DNA of 64,000 nucleotides from Spirochaetaceae bacterium (GTDB lineage Bacteria; Spirochaetota; Spirochaetia; DSM-27196; PWMO01). The stretch lies in assembly GCA_007693325.1 (NCBI GenBank), contig REDW01000116.1, positions 3,609 to 67,608 on the forward strand, written 5' to 3'. Made by a program: the position numbers and the translations under genes. The notes under the pieces are model-generated. The model saw only the letters and a program-made list of their open reading frames with translations, was not told where the DNA came from and made no database searches. Each line of letters starts with the position of its first letter. Within the stretch, counting starts at the first letter, position 1. Positions 36,334 through 45,467 of this stretch are shown one piece after another.

Positions 36334-38490
36334 ATGCATACAGTAACGCTCCGTGTTGGAAAGACCGACCTTGTGCTTGAGTCAGGGCGAATGGCCAAGC
36401 AGGCCAACGGCGCCGTGTTTGCGCAGTACGGCGGGTCATCGGTCCTGGCAACCGCCTGCTGCTCGGCAAAGCCGGTTGTTGGGCTGGACTACGTTCCGCT
36501 GCAGGTGGAGTACAACGAGAAATACTACGCCGCCGGAAAGATACCTGGTGGATTCATCAAGCGCGAGATGCGCCCCAAGGATAAAGAGATCCTCGTATGC
36601 CGCCTGATAGATCGTCCGATGCGGCCACTGTTTTCGAAGGCGTTCCAGCGTGATATCCAGGTTGTGCCTACGGTAATCTCGGCCGACCAGGTGAATCCTC
36701 CTGATGTGGTGGCTATGGTCGCAGCCTCGGCGGCCGTTTTTGTTTCCGATATACCGTTTGACGGGCCGGTTGGCGCGGTGCGGGTGATCTCGTACAAGGG
36801 AGAGTTGATCGTCAATCCGACGTTTGACGAGATTGCCGGCGCCGATCTGGACATCACGGTGGCCGGCACCGAGCTGGGTATAACCATGGTAGAGGGCGGC
36901 GGCGAGCAGGTCCCCGAGGAGCTGTTGCTCGAAGCTATCGAGTTTGCGCGTGAACCGATTCAGGAACTGTGTCGCATACAGCACGAGCTGCGCGAACTCT
37001 GCGGTCGCGAGAAGCTGCCACTGGTGGAGGAGACGCTGGTTCTCGAAGCCAGACAGGAGATTCTCGACTACGCGCGCCCCAGGATGGAGCACGCCTGTTT
37101 TGTCAAAGGCAAGATGGAGCGCAGTGCGGCCATCAAGCAAGTGATCAGCGAAACGCGAGAGCATTTTGGCGAGAAGATTCCCGAGGCGCAGCAGGGACTG
37201 TTTTCCGGAGCGATGGATGATCTAGAGCAGGAAGTTGTGCGCAAGTCCATCTTCGAGCGTAAGGTGAGAACCGACGGTCGAGCGCCGGAAGACATTCGAC
37301 CGATCAGTTGTGAAGTCGGGGTTCTGCAACGCACGCACGGATCTGCGCTTTTCACTCGCGGTGAGACACAGGCGCTTGCCATCACCACCCTCGGCACAGT
37401 CTACGACGAGCAGATCATGGATGACATCGAGGGTGACCGCCGGCAGAACTTTCTACTGCACTATAACTTTCCGCCGTTCTCGGTTGGCGAGACCGGCCGA
37501 ATGGGAACCGGCCGGCGCGAGATCGGACACGGCCACCTGGCGCACCGCGCGCTGGAGGCGGTGGTTCCTCCCAAGGCTGACTTCCCGTACACCGTACGGC
37601 TTGTCTCGGAGATCCTTGAATCCAACGGGTCGTCTTCAATGGCCACGGTCTGTGGTGCGAGCCTCTCGATGATGAACGCTGGTGTGCCACTGCAGAAGCC
37701 GGTTGCCGGTATCGCAATGGGAATGATCCAGGAAGGCGATGAGTCGGTAATCCTCAGTGATATTCTGGGCGAAGAGGATCACCTCGGCGATATGGACTTT
37801 AAAGTTGCCGGCACCCAGGAGGGAATCACTGCGTTCCAGATGGATATCAAAGTCAAGAATGTGGCTCCTGAAGTCATGAAGAGAGCGCTTGAACAGGCGC
37901 GCGGCGGACGGATGCACATACTGTCGAAGATGGCCGAAGCTATCGAACAGCCGAGCAGCACGCTCTCCGAATACGCGCCACGGATCATCACATTCAAGGT
38001 GGATGTTGAACGCATCGGTTTGCTGATCGGACCCTCGGGCAAAACCATCAAGGGAATCAGTGAGCGCTACGGCGTCAACACTAATATAGACGATGACGGA
38101 AGCGTTACCATCTACTGCAAGGACAAGGACTCCGGTGAAGAAGCCAAAGCAGCATTCATGTCGCTGCTGGAAGAGCCCGAAGTTGGGAAGGTGTACGAAG
38201 GCGTGGTCAAACGTATCGTCGATTTCGGCGCCTTTATCGAGTTCCTGCCGAATAAGGAAGGCCTGTGTCACATCTCCAAGCTCGCGGGGCACCGTGTTGA
38301 ATCGGTCAGCGATGTGTTGCAGATGAATCAAAGCGTACCGGTCAAGATCATAGAGATCGACAAGATGGGACGGGTCAACCTCAGTCTGATCTACGAAGGC
38401 AGCGACGAGAACGTGCGCCAGGACAACCGTGGACCGGGGCGTGGCGGTCGCGACGGGCGCCATTCGTCCGGTGGTGGTCGTCATCGGTGA
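36334..38490 (+). CDS. pnp: Polyribonucleotide nucleotidyltransferase (PNPase)
   Basis: 718 aa. Two RNase PH-like domains, KH ([15 protein letters not shown]) and S1 ([20 protein letters not shown]) domains. Confidence 0.97.
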   Translation: MHTVTLRVGKTDLVLESGRMAKQANGAVFAQYGGSSVLATACCSAKPVVGLDYVPLQVEYNEKYYAAGKIPGGFIKREMRPKDKEILVCRLIDRPMRPLFSKAFQRDIQVVPTVISADQVNPPDVVAMVAASAAVFVSDIPFDGPVGAVRVISYKGELIVNPTFDEIAGADLDITVAGTELGITMVEGGGEQVPEELLLEAIEFAREPIQELCRIQHELRELCGREKLPLVEETLVLEARQEILDYARPRMEHACFVKGKMERSAAIKQVISETREHFGEKIPEAQQGLFSGAMDDLEQEVVRKSIFERKVRTDGRAPEDIRPISCEVGVLQRTHGSALFTRGETQALAITTLGTVYDEQIMDDIEGDRRQNFLLHYNFPPFSVGETGRMGTGRREIGHGHLAHRALEAVVPPKADFPYTVRLVSEILESNGSSSMATVCGASLSMMNAGVPLQKPVAGIAMGMIQEGDESVILSDILGEEDHLGDMDFKVAGTQEGITAFQMDIKVKNVAPEVMKRALEQARGGRMHILSKMAEAIEQPSSTLSEYAPRIITFKVDVERIGLLIGPSGKTIKGISERYGVNTNIDDDGSVTIYCKDKDSGEEAKAAFMSLLEEPEVGKVYEGVVKRIVDFGAFIEFLPNKEGLCHISKLAGHRVESVSDVLQMNQSVPVKIIEIDKMGRVNLSLIYEGSDENVRQDNRGPGRGGRDGRHSSGGGRHR

Positions 38491-38930
38491 GCAGCGGGCC
38501 TGAGGTACATGTACGCTTTGATGCTGCCGCCGGCCTCGAGCCGGTGTATGCATCAGCGGAAGCCGCTGGAGCCGACCTCAAAGCTGACCTGGACGGCCCG
38601 TTGCAGCTGAATCCGGGTCAACGCGCGCGGGTGCCCACCGGGGTGCGCTGCGCGCTGCCGGCGGGGTACGAAGGCCAGGTCAGGCCGCGATCCGGTCTGG
38701 CGTACAGACACGGACTAACGGTGCTCAATGCACCGGGAACTGTGGACAGTGATTATCGCGGTGAGATTCAGGTTATCATGGTTAACTTTGGGTCGGTTGC
38801 GTGCACCATAAACCCGGGAGACCGAATTGCGCAGCTGGTAGTGGCGCCGGTAGTCAGAGCGCTATTCGAGCGAGGTGAGCTTGTCTCAACCGAACGGGGG
38901 TCCGGGGGCTTCGGTTCTACCGGTCAGTGA
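38487..38930 (+). CDS. dut: dUTP diphosphatase
   Basis: GTGA overlap with pnp. [48 protein letters not shown]. Confidence 0.93.
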   Translation: MSSGPEVHVRFDAAAGLEPVYASAEAAGADLKADLDGPLQLNPGQRARVPTGVRCALPAGYEGQVRPRSGLAYRHGLTVLNAPGTVDSDYRGEIQVIMVNFGSVACTINPGDRIAQLVVAPVVRALFERGELVSTERGSGGFGSTGQ

Positions 38931-38937
38931 ACGGGCT

Positions 38938-40227
38938 ATGAGGTCAACCCGATCGTACAGACGGGTCTCGCTCTACGTTCTGCAGGAGTTTCTGCTCTCG
39001 TTTCTGGTTGCGTTTCTGTTCTTCTTCTTCATCTTCTTTGTCAATCAGATGCTGCTGTTGGCGCGCGATATCCTGACCCGCGACGTAGCGCTGTTTGACG
39101 TGGTTCGGCTGATCTGGTATTCGTTGCCCTCGATCGTGGCGCTCTCGTTTCCGTTTGGAGCGCTGGTGGGCGCGTTGATGGCCGTCGGGCGCCTTTCTTC
39201 AGATAACGAGGTTCTGGCATTGCAGGCGGCAGGCGTGCCGCTGCTTCGGTTGGCGCTGCCGTTATTGTCGGCGGGTGTGCTGCTGTCGGCCGGCTCTTTC
39301 ATCATGAACGACTACTTCCTGCCGGTTGGAACCATAAATTTCGGCGCACTCTACCGTGAGTTGCTCTATGCAAACCCCGCACTCGAACTTGAACCGTACT
39401 CGATCAGCCGCTATCAGGACAGCATCATGATCACCGGTGCAGTGGACCAGGGGCAAATCGATGGGCTGATGATTATCGAGCAGGATGACCGCGGCGCACG
39501 GCGGGTTATTCTGTCGCAGCGTGCCCGCTTCCGCGAGGAGGGCGATGACGGAGTTATCTCACTGGAACTGTCCGAGGTGTTCAGCCAGCGGGTGGATGCA
39601 CGTAATCGTGATCAGTACGATTGGCTGAGTGCGCGCGAGATGCAGTACAACATATTGCTGCGCGATATCGCAGTGGCGCTGCGTTCGCCCGGCCCGCGTG
39701 AGATGAGCTCGGTGGATGTGTACCGCGAGATCGAACAGAAACGGCGCGCGCTTGATGAACGCCGTCGCGAGCACGAGCGCGCCCTTGCTGAGCGGCGCCG
39801 GGCAATCTTTCTTGACTACCAGGCTACCACCGGGAGGCTGGCCGGCGACGACCCGGATCCAGAGCAGTGGTACCCCGCTTTGCAGCGCAGAGTGGAAACC
39901 CTTGAACGCGACGCATCGCGTCCGATAGTCGACCGCAGCCTGCAGATTTACGAAATCGAATATCACAAGAAGTTCTCGATCCCGTTTGCATGTGTAGCGT
40001 TTGCACTTTTTGCGTTCCCGGTTGGTCTTACTACTCGCCGCAGCGGCAGGGCGGTAGGTTTTGCCATTGGATTGCTTGTGTCGGTGGTGTACTGGGCGAT
40101 GCTGATTGGCGGCCAGACGCTTGGGGTTCAACGCACCGATATCTCACCGGTTCTGGCGATGTGGGCCCCGAATGTGTTGATTGCACTGGTGGCCGCTGTC
40201 TTCCTGGTGGTGAGGCTCAGACGATGA
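38938..40227 (+). CDS. LptF/LptG family LPS export permease (first of pair)
   Basis: YjgP/YjgQ-like: YVLQEFLLSFLVAFLFFFFIFFVNQML, TM-periplasmic domain-TM architecture. ATG at 38938; the ORF-track 38875 start overlapping dut is rejected. Confidence 0.8.
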   Translation: MRSTRSYRRVSLYVLQEFLLSFLVAFLFFFFIFFVNQMLLLARDILTRDVALFDVVRLIWYSLPSIVALSFPFGALVGALMAVGRLSSDNEVLALQAAGVPLLRLALPLLSAGVLLSAGSFIMNDYFLPVGTINFGALYRELLYANPALELEPYSISRYQDSIMITGAVDQGQIDGLMIIEQDDRGARRVILSQRARFREEGDDGVISLELSEVFSQRVDARNRDQYDWLSAREMQYNILLRDIAVALRSPGPREMSSVDVYREIEQKRRALDERRREHERALAERRRAIFLDYQATTGRLAGDDPDPEQWYPALQRRVETLERDASRPIVDRSLQIYEIEYHKKFSIPFACVAFALFAFPVGLTTRRSGRAVGFAIGLLVSVVYWAMLIGGQTLGVQRTDISPVLAMWAPNVLIALVAAVFLVVRLRR

Positions 40228-41303
40228 GGCGGCTCGATGTGATGCTTGTGGCCGGGTTTCTGCCGCTGCTTGCCGTTAGTCTGGTCTTCTTTGTGCTTAT
40301 GCTTCAGTTGGTCGATCTGTTTGGCAACATTGTGCAGTACCTCAATATGGAGGTTCCCGCTTCGGCGGTAGTTGCGGTGCAGCTGCTCTATCTGCCGCGC
40401 GGAGTTCTGTACGCGCTGCCAATCGCAACGCTGTTTGCCGGCTCGCTCTCGCTCAGTATACTCTACAGCAACAACGAGCTTATATCGGTGTTTGCCGCAG
40501 GAGTATCGCTGTACCGTTTTGTGGTGCCGTTGATGGTAATCGGGGCGCTGCTGAGCGCCGGGGCTTTTGTTTTTGAGGACCGGGTAGCAATTGCGGCCGA
40601 CCAGCGCCGCGGGCAGCTTTCCGAGGAGCTGCTGCAGCTGGGACGCAGCTACTCGGGCAGCAACGTTACGGTGCTTGCAGAGCGGCGGCGGGTGGTCTAC
40701 TACGCGGACTACTACAATGACCTGAGTCAGAGCCTCAACGGGGTGGTAGTGTTGGAGCTGAACGAGGCCGGCGGTCTATCGCGGCGTATCGACGCGGATT
40801 GGGCGCAGTGGCAGGACGACCGCTGGGTGTTTCACCGCGTACGTACCTACCGCTGGGATGAATCCGCAGCTGATCTGTCGGCCCAGATGTCGGAGCGCTT
40901 TTCGAGTGAACGCTTTGATGAACCGCCTTCGACCTTCGGCCGTGGCCTGCGCGATGTGGCTCAGATGACCCGCTCTGAAGCACGTGAGCATATTGTATCG
41001 CTGCAACGTGCCGGACTGCCGTTCCGCGCCGCTCTGACAAACTACTACGAACGTTACTCCTTTTCATTGACGCCGTTGTTGGTGATGGGTCTGTGCTCGG
41101 CAATAGGGGGGCGCTTCAAGCGCAACATAGTGTTGATGAGTCTGCTGGTCTCTCTATGTCTGGCTGTGCTATACTACGTGACCGGAATGGTTACCGGTCT
41201 TATGGCGCAATCGGGCACGATTGCACCACTGGCCGGAGCGTGGACACCAATTGTGGTGTTTATGATTGCCACTGTGGTACTGTTTCGGTATTCGCGTACA
41301 TAG
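40224..41303 (+). CDS. LptF/LptG family LPS export permease (second of pair)
   Basis: ATGA overlap with the upstream permease. MRRLDVMLVAGFLPLLAVSLVFFVLMLQLVDLFGNI. Same architecture. The ORF-track start at 39990 is rejected. Confidence 0.8.
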   Translation: MRRLDVMLVAGFLPLLAVSLVFFVLMLQLVDLFGNIVQYLNMEVPASAVVAVQLLYLPRGVLYALPIATLFAGSLSLSILYSNNELISVFAAGVSLYRFVVPLMVIGALLSAGAFVFEDRVAIAADQRRGQLSEELLQLGRSYSGSNVTVLAERRRVVYYADYYNDLSQSLNGVVVLELNEAGGLSRRIDADWAQWQDDRWVFHRVRTYRWDESAADLSAQMSERFSSERFDEPPSTFGRGLRDVAQMTRSEAREHIVSLQRAGLPFRAALTNYYERYSFSLTPLLVMGLCSAIGGRFKRNIVLMSLLVSLCLAVLYYVTGMVTGLMAQSGTIAPLAGAWTPIVVFMIATVVLFRYSRT

Positions 41304-41312
41304 CGGGAACCA

Positions 41313-42452
41313 ATGATCAGCATACAAGCACGAGACAGCGGGAGCTCGGCGCGTGCCGGAATACTGCACCTGCCGCATGGGGATGTTGCCACGCCGGCCT
41401 TCATGCCGGTCGGAACCGCGGCAACCGTCAAAGCTGTGCGCCAGGACGATCTCGAGGGCCTGGGGTTCAAGCTGATTCTGGGCAATACCTATCATCTCTA
41501 TCTACGCCCCGGAATGGAGGTGATCCGCTCCTACGGCGGGTTGCACCGCTTTGCGGCCTGGAACGGCAACATTCTCACCGATTCGGGCGGGTTCCAGATC
41601 TTTTCGCTGGCCAGGCTGCAGAAGGTTTCTTCTGAAGGTGTAAGGTTCCGGTCACACATCGACGGGAGCCAGCATTCATTTACCCCGGAGCAGGTTGTAG
41701 ATATCCAGTGTGATTTTGGCAGCGACGTGCAAATGGCTCTCGATGTGTGCAGCTCGTTCGGTATAGATCGTCGTGAAGCCGAAGAGGCTGAACGTATTAC
41801 CGCCGAGTGGGCCGTCAGGGCGTATCAGCGCTGGCGTGCCGCAGCGGCTGATTACCAGGGAATGTTGTTCGGGATTGTTCAGGGGAACTTCTTTGAAGAC
41901 CTGCGCCGCCGCAGCGCCGAGCGAATCTGTGCCCTGGATTTCCCCGGACTGGCACTGGGCGGCTTGTCGGTTGGGGAGCCATTCTCGCAGTTCTGCGACA
42001 CCTTAGCCTACAGCGCGGCGCTGCTACCGGAGTCCAAACCGCGTTATCTGATGGGGATTGGCACGCCTGACTTCATCCTGGAAGCGGTACGTAACGGTAT
42101 CGATATGTTTGACTGCGTGTTTCCAACTCGAGCAGCGCGCAATGGGACTGCGTTCACACACGCGGGGCGGATTCAGCTGAAGAACGCGTGCCACAGCGGG
42201 GTGGACCGCCCAATCGAGGACGAGTGCCGCTGTCCGGCGTGCCGGCGTTACAGCCGCGGCTACATTCGCCATCTGTTCAAGTCCGCCGAGATTCTCGGTC
42301 CGGTTTTGACCACGCTGCACAACCTGTTTTTTCTTAAGAGCTTCACCGACCTGGTTCGACAATCTATTGTAGAGGACCGATTCTCGCAGTTCGCACGGAG
42401 CTACGCCCCCTGGTACAACGGCAATGGCGCAAGAACAGTCGCTGAGACGTAG
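41313..42452 (+). CDS. tgt: Queuine tRNA-ribosyltransferase
   Basis: ARAGILHLPHGDVATPAFMPVGT, LGNTYHL, LTDSGGFQ, zinc site CRCPACRRY...H. Confidence 0.95.
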   Translation: MISIQARDSGSSARAGILHLPHGDVATPAFMPVGTAATVKAVRQDDLEGLGFKLILGNTYHLYLRPGMEVIRSYGGLHRFAAWNGNILTDSGGFQIFSLARLQKVSSEGVRFRSHIDGSQHSFTPEQVVDIQCDFGSDVQMALDVCSSFGIDRREAEEAERITAEWAVRAYQRWRAAAADYQGMLFGIVQGNFFEDLRRRSAERICALDFPGLALGGLSVGEPFSQFCDTLAYSAALLPESKPRYLMGIGTPDFILEAVRNGIDMFDCVFPTRAARNGTAFTHAGRIQLKNACHSGVDRPIEDECRCPACRRYSRGYIRHLFKSAEILGPVLTTLHNLFFLKSFTDLVRQSIVEDRFSQFARSYAPWYNGNGARTVAET

Positions 42453-43980
42453 TACACTCTCGACCCTGGTAGTAATGGGATCCACGTTTGCATCCCGTGT
42501 GTTGGGGTTCCTGAGAATTGCGGTCATCGGCGCGGTTTTTGGAGGCTCCGGTGAAGCTGACGTAGTGAACCTTGTTTTCAATATCCCAAACAATCTACGC
42601 AAGCTGCTGGCGGAAGGTGCGTTGTCATCGGCGTTCATCCCGGTTCTTTCAAAGACCATTATTGCCGATGCCAGCGGCGAATCCTCGCGCCGCATCGTGC
42701 GGCTGATCCTTACGCTGCAGCTGGTTATCCTGCTGCCGTTGCTGCTGCTGTCGGTTCTGTTTTCGAGTCAGATCATCTCGGTCATACTCGATTTCCCTGA
42801 ACCTGCGCGCCAGGTGCTGGCGTCCGAGCTGTTTCAGTGGCTGATACACTACCTGCTGCTGATCAGTATCAGCGCGGTGGTGATGGGTACCATCAACTCG
42901 CACAATCGCTTCCTGGTTCCGGCGCTGACTCCGCTGCTGTTCTCGATTTCGGTTATCTGCGCGATACTGCTGCTGCACGACGCCATCGGAGTGTTTTCGA
43001 TGGCGGTAGGAGTATTGGTCGGCGGGGTACTTCAGATCCTGTTTCAGATACCACAGTTCCGGAAATTGGGCTACGACTTGCGCCTTTCATTCAACTTCGG
43101 TGATCCGCGATTCAAGGCGGTCATGGCGCAGTGGTTGCCGGTTGTGGCAACGGCGTCGGTGTACACAATTAATCAGCAGGTTTCAATGCTGTTTGCCAGT
43201 GGGCTGGATGACGGCAGCGGATCGGCTGTGACCAACGCGTTGACCTTCTGGCAGTTGCCGTTTGGCATTTTCAGCGCATCGATCACAACGGTGATGTTTC
43301 CACGCATGAGCCGTCAGTTCGCAGCCGACGATACGCAAGGGCTGAAGCAGTCGCTTGAGTACGGATTTCGCTATCTGATAGCGCTGCTGATTCCGTCAGC
43401 GTTGATTATGGGAATGCTCGGCCACGAGATTATCGCGGTTGCACTGCAGCGTGGCCAGTTTCAGGTGCAGTACACCGATCTCGCTGCGCGAACGCTGGCA
43501 GGGTACTGCCTGGGCTTGCTCAGCGTCGGTGCATTCAGCTTCTTTCAGCGGTTCTTCTACGCTATCGGAAATTTCCGTACGCCGTTGATAACCGCCGCGG
43601 TGGCGTTTGTGCTCGATGTGGGGTTGGCGTTGTGGCTCAAAGAGACCCGGCTGCGGGTGGTTGGGCTTGCGGTAGCAAACTCGGTGGCGTTTTCGGTTGC
43701 GCTGGTTTTGATGGTTGTCAAAGCGAATCAGATCCTCGGTGGGCTGAATTTTCGCCGTATCGGTGTTACCTTTGCCAAAGTGGCGCTGTCGATTACGCCG
43801 GTAGCACTCTACATCTATCTCTATCTTGAGCGCGGTGGGCAGTGGTGGCGCGACGGCAGCAGCTGGGGCAACCTGTTGCGACTGGCCGGTGCGGGCGGCG
43901 GCGCTGCGGGAATTCTTCTTATTATGTACTATTTTCTGCAAGTCGAGGCGCTACGTACGCTGTTTGGGAGAAGAAAGTGA
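42424..43980 (+). CDS. murJ: Lipid II flippase MurJ
   Basis: 518 aa, ~14 TM. SRVLGFLRIAVIGAVFGGSGEADVVNLVFNIPNNLRKLLAEGALSSAFIPV is the canonical MviN/MurJ N-terminus. Overlaps tgt by 29 nt. Confidence 0.93.
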   Translation: MAQEQSLRRSTLSTLVVMGSTFASRVLGFLRIAVIGAVFGGSGEADVVNLVFNIPNNLRKLLAEGALSSAFIPVLSKTIIADASGESSRRIVRLILTLQLVILLPLLLLSVLFSSQIISVILDFPEPARQVLASELFQWLIHYLLLISISAVVMGTINSHNRFLVPALTPLLFSISVICAILLLHDAIGVFSMAVGVLVGGVLQILFQIPQFRKLGYDLRLSFNFGDPRFKAVMAQWLPVVATASVYTINQQVSMLFASGLDDGSGSAVTNALTFWQLPFGIFSASITTVMFPRMSRQFAADDTQGLKQSLEYGFRYLIALLIPSALIMGMLGHEIIAVALQRGQFQVQYTDLAARTLAGYCLGLLSVGAFSFFQRFFYAIGNFRTPLITAAVAFVLDVGLALWLKETRLRVVGLAVANSVAFSVALVLMVVKANQILGGLNFRRIGVTFAKVALSITPVALYIYLYLERGGQWWRDGSSWGNLLRLAGAGGGAAGILLIMYYFLQVEALRTLFGRRK

Positions 43981-45443
43981 TGAGATTGGTAGTTGAGCGC
44001 GGCAGCCGACGGCGAGCGGCGATGGTTGGACTCTTGGTTGGCGTGGCCACACTCTGGCTTCCCGCGCAGCAGCTACCAGATCAGGAATCGGTACCGCAGC
44101 AGTCCGAAGAGGATCCTTTTGCGGTGCCTGAGACCGGCGAAGAGCTTGGGATAGAACAGCAGGACGAAGACCAGCAGCTGCGCGCGCCGATCGATGACTG
44201 GCGCGACACGCTTATGTACGGGATTGATTCGGAGGTAATAACGCTGTTGGAAACGCTGCTGGAACAGCGCGAAGACCGGCTGCATCAGGAGATTGTCGAT
44301 CTATACGATTCTTCGCGCAATCCGCGTCTGCAGCGCAGGATACTGGATTTCTTCAATGAGATGCGCTGGGATGGAGCAGAAACGCAGGCGTTGCGCGTCC
44401 TCAGTGAGCCGCGCGAGCATCCCAATGACCTGCTTCTTTCTGCGGTGCGCTACGTATCTGCGGCGGTCGAATCGCCGGCGCACGAGACGCTGCAGGCGTT
44501 GCACGGCGTCGCCGACAGTCCGCAAATGATGCTGGCTGAGACGGCTATTCGCGCGATTGGGCTGCGTGGTGGTGAGGATGACATCGGGCCGCTGCTCAAT
44601 CGTCTGAACGACCGCCGTACCCCAAGCGCGCTGCGTGCAGCAGTGGTTCTGGCGCTGGGAGAATTGCGTGCTGTTGACGCGGTAGACGAACTGATTCAAA
44701 TCAGCAGCAACACCAGCGAAGATGGTACAGTGCGCCGCTACGCCGCGGATTCATTGGGAAAGATTGGTGATCCGCGGGCGATTGATACGCTCAGCGCGCT
44801 GGTCAGCAGCGACGACACACTGCTGCGCGCCTACGCTGTCAACGGAATCGGCCACTTTGAGGGTGAGGAAGTCGAGCGGGTGCTGACCAACGCGCTGCGG
44901 GATTCTTTCTGGCGGGTGCGGGTTTCTGCGCTGCAGGGAATTGCACGCCACAATATGACCGACGCCATAGCGGCGGTGATCTTCCGCGCCGAGCGTGACC
45001 CGGAAGTTCCGGTGCGCAGCCAGGCGTTTGAGACCCTCTCGGCTCTTGACGACCGGCGGGCACGTACGTTTCTGCAGGATTTTGTGCAGAACGAGCGTAA
45101 CAGCGAGGCGCTGCGCATAAGCGCGCTGCAGAAGATGCTGGAGGCCGATGCTGCAGCGCACGCTGCCGTGATCGAAAAGCTGATCGACGCCGAATACGAC
45201 AAGCCACAGTCGCGCATTCTCGACCAGATAGGCCGCATTCTGTCGACCTCCGAGACGACCGTCCCCAACCGGATCTACGATCGCCTGCTTCACCATCCCA
45301 ACTTTGTGATTCAGATCTATGGAGTCCGCGCCGCCGGCCGGCACGGACTGAGCGGTTTACGGGCGCGTGTCAGCGAGATGGCCGAAGAGCCGTATCATCA
45401 GGCTGTTCGCCGCACGGCGCGTGACGCGCTCGAGCGGATGTAG
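43980..45443 (+). CDS. Exported HEAT-repeat protein
   Basis: ATG at 43980 shares 1 nt with the murJ stop. Signal-like AAMVGLLVGVATLWLPAQQ. Repeated HEAT/PBS-lyase-like units (RRYAADSLGKIGDPRAIDTL, VRVSALQGIARH, VRSQAFETLSAL). The ORF-track start at 43842 is rejected. Confidence 0.7.
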   Translation: MRLVVERGSRRRAAMVGLLVGVATLWLPAQQLPDQESVPQQSEEDPFAVPETGEELGIEQQDEDQQLRAPIDDWRDTLMYGIDSEVITLLETLLEQREDRLHQEIVDLYDSSRNPRLQRRILDFFNEMRWDGAETQALRVLSEPREHPNDLLLSAVRYVSAAVESPAHETLQALHGVADSPQMMLAETAIRAIGLRGGEDDIGPLLNRLNDRRTPSALRAAVVLALGELRAVDAVDELIQISSNTSEDGTVRRYAADSLGKIGDPRAIDTLSALVSSDDTLLRAYAVNGIGHFEGEEVERVLTNALRDSFWRVRVSALQGIARHNMTDAIAAVIFRAERDPEVPVRSQAFETLSALDDRRARTFLQDFVQNERNSEALRISALQKMLEADAAAHAAVIEKLIDAEYDKPQSRILDQIGRILSTSETTVPNRIYDRLLHHPNFVIQIYGVRAAGRHGLSGLRARVSEMAEEPYHQAVRRTARDALERM

Positions 45444-45447
45444 CCTG

Positions 45448-45467
45448 GCCGGCCGCGGCCGGCTTTT
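45448..45467 (+). terminator. GC palindrome + T-run terminator after the HEAT-repeat gene
   Basis: Perfect 16 nt palindrome GCCGGCCGCGGCCGGC (45448-45463) followed by TTTT, in the 23 nt convergent gap with greA. Confidence 0.55.

Noticed and set aside
38875-38937. N-terminal extensions offered by the ORF track (38875, 39990, 43842, 14728, 17156, 7329, 29137, 57293, 48202 and others).
   Set aside because: The extensions overlap the preceding gene or RNA, often begin at non-ATG codons, and precede an internal ATG. That internal ATG gives the canonical family N-terminus, often with an SD sequence or stop-start overlap.
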